Positions 57,312-64,000 of a DNA stretch of 64,000 nucleotides are shown here, piece by piece. Source of the DNA: Methanobacteriota archaeon (GTDB lineage Archaea > Halobacteriota > Methanomicrobia > Methanomicrobiales > Methanomicrobiaceae); the NCBI GenBank assembly GCA_016841665.1, contig JAENYT010000006.1, forward strand, positions 35,151-99,150. The letters are read 5' to 3'. The notes beneath the pieces are model-generated. The model worked only from the letters and a program-made list of their open reading frames with translations. It was not told where the DNA came from and did no database searches. The position numbers were made by a program, and so were the translations under genes. Within the stretch, counting starts at the first letter, position 1. Every line of letters starts with the position of its first letter.

Positions 57312-57988
57312 AAAGATATTAAAATATTGCTATTGTTATAAAAATCCCCGATCAGCAGGCCACGTGCCGCAAAGGAGCCATTCCATACCTTCCTGAGAGA
57401 ATTGGGGTATCATTGCCCCGTTTGTCTCCACCCCCTATCGGGTGCCCTTCAGGGATGCGCGGCCTGCGGGATTAATCAGCCATCACCGTATGAACATACC
57501 ATACATGCCGCAACGAAGGCAAATACCGATAAGAATGGAGTATATGCCTCATTTTCCACCGGAGCATATGAAATGTCATGAACAATTCCGGCAAATGTTG
57601 ATGTAGCCGGAAATAAAAATATATGAATATGAGTGCGGACACCACCACGTTCGCCTACCATTTCATCATGGGGGCAATCATCACCCAGGTCCTTCTTCTG
57701 GCAATTTCATCACAATGCGGACCGCTGGGCACCGCCGGGACGATCCAGGACCCCGGCGCCGTCTGGGAATGCATAGCCGGCCAGCTGACCGCCACCCGTC
57801 TTCTCCTGTTCGGGCTGTTCGACTGCGTCGGAGGGATCGGGTTCAGCGCCCTTGTGAATGGAAGGATGAACCGTCTGTTCACGCATTCCTGAACATTTCT
57901 GTCCCGGTTCCGGCCAGCATAACCCTTTTTCTGCACACCTGCAAATAGATCAGGGCACATTTTCCACCGCATCGCAGGCACTCATTCC

Positions 57989-59395
57989 ATGACCACAGAT
58001 CCCACCAGCACTCCGGAGACCACAACCAGAGGCGTCCATATCCTCACCGGCGACCCGAAGAAGGCCATCATCGAACTTGCATGGCCCATGATCGTCGCCA
58101 TGGTCCTGCTCTCCGTCTACCAGATCGTCGACGCCGCGTGGGTCGCCGGCCTCGGATCGGACGCACTCGCCGCCGTGGGGTTCGCGGGTCCGGTCTTCAT
58201 GGTGCTCATCGGGCTGGGCGTGGGGCTCGGGGCGGGCGTGACTTCGGCTGTGGCAAGGCGCATCGGGGCCGGAAACCGGGCAGGCGCAGACAACGTGGCC
58301 CTCCATGCGGTCCTTCTCTCGGTGCTCATCTCCGCGGTGCTCACCGTCCCGCTGGTCATCCTTGCAGAACCGATCTTCGTGACTCTCGGGGCAGGCGAGG
58401 TGGCAGGGCTCGCCGCGGAGTATGGTGCAATCGTCTTCGGCGGCGCCGTCTTCGTCATCTTCAGCAATATCGCCTACGCCATTCTCAGGGGCGAGGGCGA
58501 TACCCGGCGGACGATGTATGCCATGGGGCTTTCGTCGGTGCTCAATATGATCCTCGATCCCCTCCTCATCTACCAGGCCGGGCTCGGCATCGCCGGGGCC
58601 GCATGGGCGACCGTCATATCCATCGCCGCCGTATCGGCACTGCTGCTCTACTGGTTTTTTATCAAGCGCGACACCTACGTCTCGCTCTCTCCTGTGGAGT
58701 TCGCCTACGACCGGGATGCCGTGGCCGATATCCTGACGGTGGGGTTTCCGGCGAGCCTGGAATTTTTACTCATGGCCTCGGTCACCATCATCCTCAACGT
58801 CATTCTGGTCGGCGTCGCCGGGACGGACGCGGTCGCCGTGTACACCACCGGGTGGCGGATGGTGATGTTCGCCATCATCCCCATCATCGGCCTCGGCACG
58901 GCGGTGGTCTCTGTGGCGGGTGCGGCGTACGGAGCCCGTCGCTTTGAGCGCATGGAGATGGTGCACGGTTATGCGACCACACTTGGCGTGGGGATCGGGA
59001 TCGCCACGAGCGCCATCACCTGGATGCTCGCCCCCTTCATTGCAGCACTGTTCACCTATTCGCCGGAGAGCGCCCACCTTGCCGCCCCTCTGGTGGCCTT
59101 CCTCAGGACAATGTGCTTCTTTTATCCCTTCGTGCCTCCCGGCGCGATCTCCAGCTCAATCTTCCAGGGAACGGGCAAGGGATTCACCTCGCTGTTCCTC
59201 AACGTGCTGCGGTCGTTTATCTTCATCGCCGTATTCGCCTACCTCCTCGCATTGGTGTTCGGGTGGGGCGCCGAGGGCGTCTGGTGGGGCATCGTACTCG
59301 GCGATATCATCGGCGGCATCGCAGCCTACGGGTGGGCGCGGCTGTACCTCTCCAGGCTGCGGGCGATACGGGGTGAACCCGCGCATTCCGACTAA
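57989..59395 (+). CDS. MATE family efflux transporter
   Basis: 468 aa and 12 TM. The N-terminus ILTGDPKKAIIELAWPMIVAMVLLSVYQIVDAAWVAGLG and the internal repeat are typical of MATE/NorM proteins. Confidence 0.9.
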   Translation: MTTDPTSTPETTTRGVHILTGDPKKAIIELAWPMIVAMVLLSVYQIVDAAWVAGLGSDALAAVGFAGPVFMVLIGLGVGLGAGVTSAVARRIGAGNRAGADNVALHAVLLSVLISAVLTVPLVILAEPIFVTLGAGEVAGLAAEYGAIVFGGAVFVIFSNIAYAILRGEGDTRRTMYAMGLSSVLNMILDPLLIYQAGLGIAGAAWATVISIAAVSALLLYWFFIKRDTYVSLSPVEFAYDRDAVADILTVGFPASLEFLLMASVTIILNVILVGVAGTDAVAVYTTGWRMVMFAIIPIIGLGTAVVSVAGAAYGARRFERMEMVHGYATTLGVGIGIATSAITWMLAPFIAALFTYSPESAHLAAPLVAFLRTMCFFYPFVPPGAISSSIFQGTGKGFTSLFLNVLRSFIFIAVFAYLLALVFGWGAEGVWWGIVLGDIIGGIAAYGWARLYLSRLRAIRGEPAHSD

Positions 59396-59457
59396 ACGGA
59401 CAACGTAGGGTAAGAACCAATCCATTTATCCGTTTTCGTGCCCGATTATCACCCAGA

Positions 59458-59808
59458 ATGGCTGCCTATCGCAAAGGCGACGTGATACAGGCGAACGTCC
59501 GTATCGACGGAAGAGGAGAGGCAAAGGTCCGGCCGGTGGTGGTGATCGAGCAGGAGGGGGAGGAAACGCTCCGCGTCCTTCCCATGACCTCCAGTCTCCC
59601 TGCCGACACTCCCCACATCCCCGTCGATCTCCTCGATTTCGTCGAGGGAGGACTCGATATGCACAAGATCAGCTACGTACTTACCGCCAGCGAGTGCAGG
59701 GTGCATACCTCGGAGGTCAGGGGCAGGAAGGGCAGGCTTGCACGGGAGCCGATGGAAACGATCGTCGCCGCGATCCCCACCGGGCCGAAACGATCCGGGA
59801 CTGGATGA
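59458..59808 (+). CDS. PemK/MazF-like toxin-fold protein (solitary)
   Basis: [14 protein letters not shown]...[13 protein letters not shown]...LRVLPMTSS...HIPVDL...[20 protein letters not shown] follows the PemK/MazF SH3-like pattern (GD.v, RP.vV, .P.TS). A TATA-like ATTTATCC lies about 30 nt upstream, so the transcript may be leaderless. Confidence 0.55.
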   Translation: MAAYRKGDVIQANVRIDGRGEAKVRPVVVIEQEGEETLRVLPMTSSLPADTPHIPVDLLDFVEGGLDMHKISYVLTASECRVHTSEVRGRKGRLAREPMETIVAAIPTGPKRSGTG

Positions 59809-59962
59809 GGGCGATCGCAGGGTTCGGGACGGCACCCGCGCGGCGGAAGGAAAGACCCATCGTTCCCGGAGAAGGGTTTGCAGGGAACAGCACCTCTTTT
59901 TAAGGGGCATCTTTTTTATTGTAGCAGTGCATAGTAAAAGAAAATCAGTTATCTTTCATGGA

Positions 59963-60292
59963 GTGAGACACCTGGCCAACAATACGCGGAAAAATAAACC
60001 GGGCGGGGGGGGAGAGCCGGCGATCATACGAGTGCGCCTCCCGAACAAACGGAACAATGAGATGTTCGCTATGGCCGACCTGATGCTTGGCGCAAACCAC
60101 ATCCGGGTCAAGTGCTTCGACGGCGTCACGCGTGTCGGGAGGATCAAGGGCAAGATCAAGAAGCGTGTCTGGATTCGCGAGGGCGACGTGCTCATCGTCG
60201 TGCCCTGGAGTTTCCAGGACGAAAAATGCGACATCATCTACCGTTATACCGGGCCACAGGTGGAGTGGCTGCGGAGAAACGGGTATCTCTGA
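59963..60292 (+). CDS. eif1a: translation initiation factor aIF-1A
   Basis: [74 protein letters not shown] is the S1-like aIF-1A core. A GTG start at 59963 gives a typical length of 109 aa. The upstream part of the track ORF (59738-) is non-coding-looking. Confidence 0.85.
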   Translation: MRHLANNTRKNKPGGGGEPAIIRVRLPNKRNNEMFAMADLMLGANHIRVKCFDGVTRVGRIKGKIKKRVWIREGDVLIVVPWSFQDEKCDIIYRYTGPQVEWLRRNGYL

Positions 60293-60388
60293 AGGGCCTG
60301 TCCACGCATCCCGGCGTGATGCGTCGGTGTTTGCTAGAATGAGGGGAACGAAAGATCACTCCCCAAGTATTATTTTTTAAAAAAGAGT

Positions 60389-61201
60389 TCAGATATTGGT
60401 GATGGTAATATTGTACTGTTTGACGATCACCTGATCGATGCCCTCGATAACGTAATAATCCCCCTGTATGTCCAAGCCACCCTGTATGATTGAAGATCCG
60501 GTGAAGTAGTTATGCCATGCCTGCGAATAATCATTTGATCCATCCGGCGTGTATTTCACCCTTAAATCCGTATTCCCCACCGAGGAAGAGAGTTCATGTA
60601 CTTTCGGCTCTTCCAGCCGGCTCATCTGGAGGTTGCCGATGCCGTTGAGGGAAAGATCGCGGTTGTTTTTGGTTTTGAGAGCGGTGAGGAATATTACCAC
60701 CGTTTTCTTATGCGTTATCTCATTATCATCATAGAACCACCGCGGTTCAGCGAGCATGACCGATCCAGACGCGTCCTGCTGCCGTCTTACCACCGCACCG
60801 TTTTCAAATGAGATCACCGCCGTTCCCTGGTCGGAGACATAGCGCAGTTCGCCGGGGGAAAAGTGCAGATCGTTCCAGGTTCCGTTGTCCAACCATTCGA
60901 ACTCAAAATCCTGGTTTGTGTCCGCCGTTTCATACACGCTCATCGCCCCGCCGGAGACCCGCAGCGCGGTGTCCTTGTAGGGCACGTTGCTGTAGCTGAG
61001 CAGTTTCATGTCGTTCTGGATCGTGATCATCGTCTGCTCCATGGTGCGTTCGTCCGCCCCGATCTGGTGCTGGAGCAGCATCGGGTACCCGTAGAGGGAG
61101 ACAAGGCCAATGCCGGCGATCACGATAGAGAAGATGATGATAAACCCGATCGATTCGGAAACTGCGCATTCATCCATTCGAAAATTCCCGTGTTTGCTCA
61201 T
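60389..61201 (-). CDS. archaeal type IV pilin-like protein (class III signal peptide)
   Basis: The N-terminus MSKHGNFRMDECAVSESIGFIIIFSIVIAGIGLVSLYG resembles the (D/R)-A-V-S-E-x-x-G-F pilin/archaellin-type N-terminal domain. Last gene of an overlapping operon. Confidence 0.6.
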   Translation of the reverse strand: MSKHGNFRMDECAVSESIGFIIIFSIVIAGIGLVSLYGYPMLLQHQIGADERTMEQTMITIQNDMKLLSYSNVPYKDTALRVSGGAMSVYETADTNQDFEFEWLDNGTWNDLHFSPGELRYVSDQGTAVISFENGAVVRRQQDASGSVMLAEPRWFYDDNEITHKKTVVIFLTALKTKNNRDLSLNGIGNLQMSRLEEPKVHELSSSVGNTDLRVKYTPDGSNDYSQAWHNYFTGSSIIQGGLDIQGDYYVIEGIDQVIVKQYNITITNI

Positions 61202-61674
61202 GAATATCCACTCGAGTTATAGGAGATCATGTTCAGTCCTTTTCCGCTCGTCTCTCCGGTCACCGGCCGGGTCGCTCCGATACCTCCCAGTGCAATCGTA
61301 CTGCGGAGGTTGTAGTCGGTCACCATGATCCGCTGTGCCGCGCCCGTTTTGCCCGGTTCGAGCTGCACCCAGTAGTCCTGGTTCGCCACATCGTTGGGAA
61401 GGTCGAACTTCGTGGTGATCGTCCCGTTTCCGGGGGCGATTACGTAGAGATCCACGATGCGCACGCTAACCCCGTTGCCGATGTCAGTGAACTTGTGGTA
61501 CTTGAGGGTGTCCGAGGGGCCCTGGATGAAGGCGGCGTTGACCGCGAACATGATGATGACCAGGAGCACCACCAGTACGCCGGAGACGGAGAGGTACTCG
61601 AGCAGGCTGGAAAGCCCCTCTTCCTCATGGAATCGGTTGTGATAACGGTTGTGATAACAGGAACGTCTCATCAT
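61198..61674 (-). CDS. type IV pilin-like protein
   Basis: ...HEEEGLSSLLEYLSVSGVLVVLLVIIMFAVNAAF has a charged leader, a G, then a hydrophobic helix of about 22 residues. 4-nt overlap with the downstream gene. The start is uncertain because of a 50-nt overlap with the upstream gene. Confidence 0.5.
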   Translation of the reverse strand: MMRRSCYHNRYHNRFHEEEGLSSLLEYLSVSGVLVVLLVIIMFAVNAAFIQGPSDTLKYHKFTDIGNGVSVRIVDLYVIAPGNGTITTKFDLPNDVANQDYWVQLEPGKTGAAQRIMVTDYNLRSTIALGGIGATRPVTGETSGKGLNMISYNSSGYS

Positions 61675-62038
61675 ATTCGGTCACCCCGTTGTTGTAATGG
61701 ATAATGATCCGGGTATAGCTATAGTACGAGTCATTAACCGCCCCCGGCGTGATGGAGCACTCAACCACGGCGTTTTTTCGGGCCATGGAGATGACTTTGA
61801 GGTCATCCATCAAATTTGTCCTTTTAGCGGTAGTGTAAGTTTCCCAATCCTTGGCGATATCAATGATTTCACTGCGGGTATCCTGGATCTCGGTCTTGGG
61901 AAATTCCAGCACCGCCTCCGATGTGGTCTGCCCCACCACCGTGGACTGGGTGATGATGAGAGCCAAAAAGAAGATGCCGACACAGACCATGAAACCCATC
62001 AGCACGATCCACTGGCCCTCGTCGTTCAGCCTCTCCAT
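61625..62038 (-). CDS. type IV pilin-like protein
   Basis: MERLNDEGQWIVLMGFMVCVGIFFLALIITQS fits the class III leader pattern (D/E-G then Q plus a hydrophobic helix). Confidence 0.5.
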   Translation of the reverse strand: MERLNDEGQWIVLMGFMVCVGIFFLALIITQSTVVGQTTSEAVLEFPKTEIQDTRSEIIDIAKDWETYTTAKRTNLMDDLKVISMARKNAVVECSITPGAVNDSYYSYTRIIIHYNNGVTEYDETFLLSQPLSQPIP

Positions 62039-62562
62039 AGCAACACCTCCACGAGTAAAAGCTGAGGATCACGCTGGTCGGCCGCTGGAATCCCCGGAAT
62101 ATTCGCAGTGTCCGCATCCACCGATACCCAACGCGTTACCCGAACCGCCGGCTCCCTGCTCACCAAGTCGCTCCTTATCGAAGAGGAGAGGGGATAACTT
62201 GCCACCTCGCCCGAGTCAGTGCGGTAATAGACCGAAGCGTTGTACTGGAGATCATTAACGCAGGTATCTGTCGACTCCGTTATCCTTTTGAGAGATTCAG
62301 TAAAATTGGCATAGAACCACGCGTGAGAATAGCTTTGACCCAGAATGATATTCTCAAGCTTGCTCGTATCACCGTAGTAATCGGGCGTGTCCATCATGGC
62401 CAGTGCATCGCTGCCCAGCTGTTCGAGCTGCATATCCGCGATGTGCACGTCGCCGGGCGTATACACCGTCGTGGTCCCAAGCACAAGGTAGGCGGTGATC
62501 AGCATGAGCACGCCGGCGGCGAATCCTTCGAGGGTATACATCTGCGCCTGATCGTTTACCAT
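62026..62562 (-). CDS. type IV pilin-like protein
   Basis: MVNDQAQMYTLEGFAAGVLMLITAYLVLGTT. The Q-x-YTLEG-hydrophobic motif resembles pilin-like families of haloarchaeal and methanomicrobial Tad-like loci as I recall them. Confidence 0.55.
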   Translation of the reverse strand: MVNDQAQMYTLEGFAAGVLMLITAYLVLGTTTVYTPGDVHIADMQLEQLGSDALAMMDTPDYYGDTSKLENIILGQSYSHAWFYANFTESLKRITESTDTCVNDLQYNASVYYRTDSGEVASYPLSSSIRSDLVSREPAVRVTRWVSVDADTANIPGIPAADQRDPQLLLVEVLLWRG

Positions 62563-63638
62563 ACGGACACCTCCAGGACACCCGGCGTGAGGGTGGGCAG
62601 GTTCATCGGGCTGTTGGCGGACGTATCATACGTATAGTAGATTGTTCCGTCCATATAATCCTTCGATGTATTCCACTGACCTTCTTCGTAGTAATACCTG
62701 AGACTCATATTCACCATAAGCACGGTATCGGTCTCATAGGCAAATGGCAGAGGCGGGTTAAGTTTCAGATATATGTCATCCACATTCTTAATTGAGAAAT
62801 TATAATCCAGGGGCTTGGCGGTGCCGTTGACTTTATAGATATAACTCTCGTTGTCAAAATCATCATAGGCGAAGGGAATCTCACCCAAGACGCCTTCTTT
62901 GTAAAACCTGATGTTGTTGATAAAAACATCAAGAACGTCGGTAGTGTTCAGATTGGATTTGAAATTGTGTATGGTAACTTCCATCGGCTCTGTTCTCATA
63001 TCCATGCGATATTCGTCGCCAATCGATTTGTCGTAGAGCTCGGTGTAATTCAGGAGGATAGTGAAGTAAGTATTGGTTACAGATGTATTCTCCGAAACGG
63101 TTTTGTGATAGATGGAGTTATTACAATCGACGTCTGCGGAATGCAGTCCCTTCACCTTGACCAGGCGGCGGATGTAGCCGTAACTTCGTTCGGGGACCGG
63201 ATCGCCCAGTGGAGTATGATCTACTGGATCACCCTCAATTCTCAGCGCGATGTTGTAGGCATAGGGTGCATAGGGCATATCGGCAAAGATTACCTTCTGC
63301 CCGTATTCCTCTTCGGTGAAGAAGGAAGTATTGAAAAATCGTTCAATTTTCGACCGGGAGAGCACATTGGGGGTATTGTCGGAGACCGCGAGGCCCAGGC
63401 GGGCGATATCGTCTTTGTGGTACTCGTCCTCGAGCTCCCAGGGCGGGTTGGCGGGCCAGCCGGGGTCTTCCACGAGGATGACCGCCGTGCGGTAGGCGAC
63501 CGCATCATAATCGATATTCTGGCTTTCCAGGCCGATCATGATGCCCGGAACCATGTTGATCACCATGATGAGGGCGAGAATAAAGATGGTAAACCCGGCA
63601 AGAAAATCCACGGAAAGCATTCCCCGGTCATTCATCAC
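62556..63638 (-). CDS. large type IV pilin-like protein
   Basis: MMNDRGMLSVDFLAGFTIFILALIMVINMV fits [KRDE]-G followed by a hydrophobic run. 360 aa with many N-x-S/T sequons. Confidence 0.6.
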   Translation of the reverse strand: MMNDRGMLSVDFLAGFTIFILALIMVINMVPGIMIGLESQNIDYDAVAYRTAVILVEDPGWPANPPWELEDEYHKDDIARLGLAVSDNTPNVLSRSKIERFFNTSFFTEEEYGQKVIFADMPYAPYAYNIALRIEGDPVDHTPLGDPVPERSYGYIRRLVKVKGLHSADVDCNNSIYHKTVSENTSVTNTYFTILLNYTELYDKSIGDEYRMDMRTEPMEVTIHNFKSNLNTTDVLDVFINNIRFYKEGVLGEIPFAYDDFDNESYIYKVNGTAKPLDYNFSIKNVDDIYLKLNPPLPFAYETDTVLMVNMSLRYYYEEGQWNTSKDYMDGTIYYTYDTSANSPMNLPTLTPGVLEVSVW

Positions 63639-64000
63639 TCTGATACGATCAACTCCCCTGAATCAGCATTGAAGGCAAGATCACTCAATCGGTTCCCATT
63701 CTTGGCGTAGACCCTGTACACACCATCGATCAGCTCGAGGCTGATCTCCGTAGCATTGGAGATCTCGAGCTTTTCCTGTATGGTATCGCCCTGCATCGCG
63801 AAGAGATCGGTCGGGCTGAGAATCGTCTCCGTATCGATGGTGGAAGTGGTATAATGCTCCGGCCACGAGAGCGATCTCCACGTGAACCTGTTGTAGACAA
63901 GGATTGCAGTCGTATTGTCCTGCGTGGTGACGCCGAGGATCCAGGTGGATGCATCCCCGGAGAGATCCATACCATCGCCGTTGATCCGGTGGATGGTCAT
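63635..64000 (-). CDS. C-terminal part of a further gene of the same operon (truncated by the window edge)
   Basis: The frame is open to base 64000. The stop overlaps the next gene's start by 4 nt. The N-terminus is not visible, so pilin status is unknown. Confidence 0.4.
   Translation of the reverse strand: MTIHRINGDGMDLSGDASTWILGVTTQDNTTAILVYNRFTWRSLSWPEHYTTSTIDTETILSPTDLFAMQGDTIQEKLEISNATEISLELIDGVYRVYAKNGNRLSDLAFNADSGELIVSE

Noticed and set aside
57312-57988. Small ORFs 57476..57661 (-) and 57623..57892 (+) between the small membrane gene and the MATE gene
   Set aside because: The + ORF has two hydrophobic stretches and a TATA-like AAATAAAAATATAT just upstream. However, the TATA abuts the first ATG, so the real start would be an internal Met, and no family is recognisable. 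The evidence is too weak to list either as a feature.
61633-61656. 12-nt direct tandem repeat CGGTTGTGATAA x2 (encoding YHNR-YHNR on the minus strand)
   Set aside because: Only two copies, lying inside the uncertain 5' end of a pilin-like ORF. It is too short to call a repeat element and is more likely local slippage.
1-64000. Search for tRNA, rRNA, CRISPR arrays, IS elements, integrases and prophage genes
   Set aside because: Scanning the intergenic regions by eye showed no T-loop-like GGTTCGAATCC/GGTTCAAATCC motifs and no regularly spaced 25-40-nt direct repeats. I also saw no transposase or integrase motifs and no terminal inverted repeats. Small RNAs cannot be excluded without covariance-model searches.

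Overview
High-GC (about 60% by eye) archaeal chromosome segment. The gene content points to a methanogen of the Methanomicrobiales type: aIF-1A, ATP-dependent DNA ligase, the ablAB N-epsilon-acetyl-beta-lysine genes, an FmdE-family protein, archaeal pilin-like proteins and receiver-PAS-GAF histidine kinases with the ITRHDILNQ phospho-acceptor box. I call about 60 protein genes. They group into an osmolyte module (NSS transporter plus ablAB); a metal and cation module (CopB-type Cu ATPase, CPA2 antiporter, Usp, P2-type ATPase); a signalling-rich stretch (four large histidine kinases plus an orphan receiver, 22.9-41.1 kb); a Feo iron-uptake locus with two FeoA, a split FeoB and a DtxR-type repressor; an aquaporin; an AbrB plus ABC-2 exporter; a racemase-GNAT-DMT gene string; a MATE exporter; and, at the right edge, a tightly overlapping operon of at least six type IV pilin-like (class III signal peptide) genes that continues beyond the window. 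I saw no rRNA, tRNA, CRISPR array, transposase or integrase. The most notable observations are the uncharacterised pilin-like operon, a 2 x 1284-nt in-frame module duplication with mosaic identity inside a kinase gene, a racemase-GNAT-DMT string whose transporter has a C-terminal tail with 27 His in 66 residues, a decayed PolX remnant beside the ligase, an AT-rich orphan island at 33.3-34.9 kb, and a membrane-anchored acetolactate decarboxylase. I found no classical defence or mobile-element system. Many long ORFs in the supplied track are antisense or off-frame shadows typical of GC-rich DNA and were rejected. All family assignments come from motif recognition by eye, not from searches.
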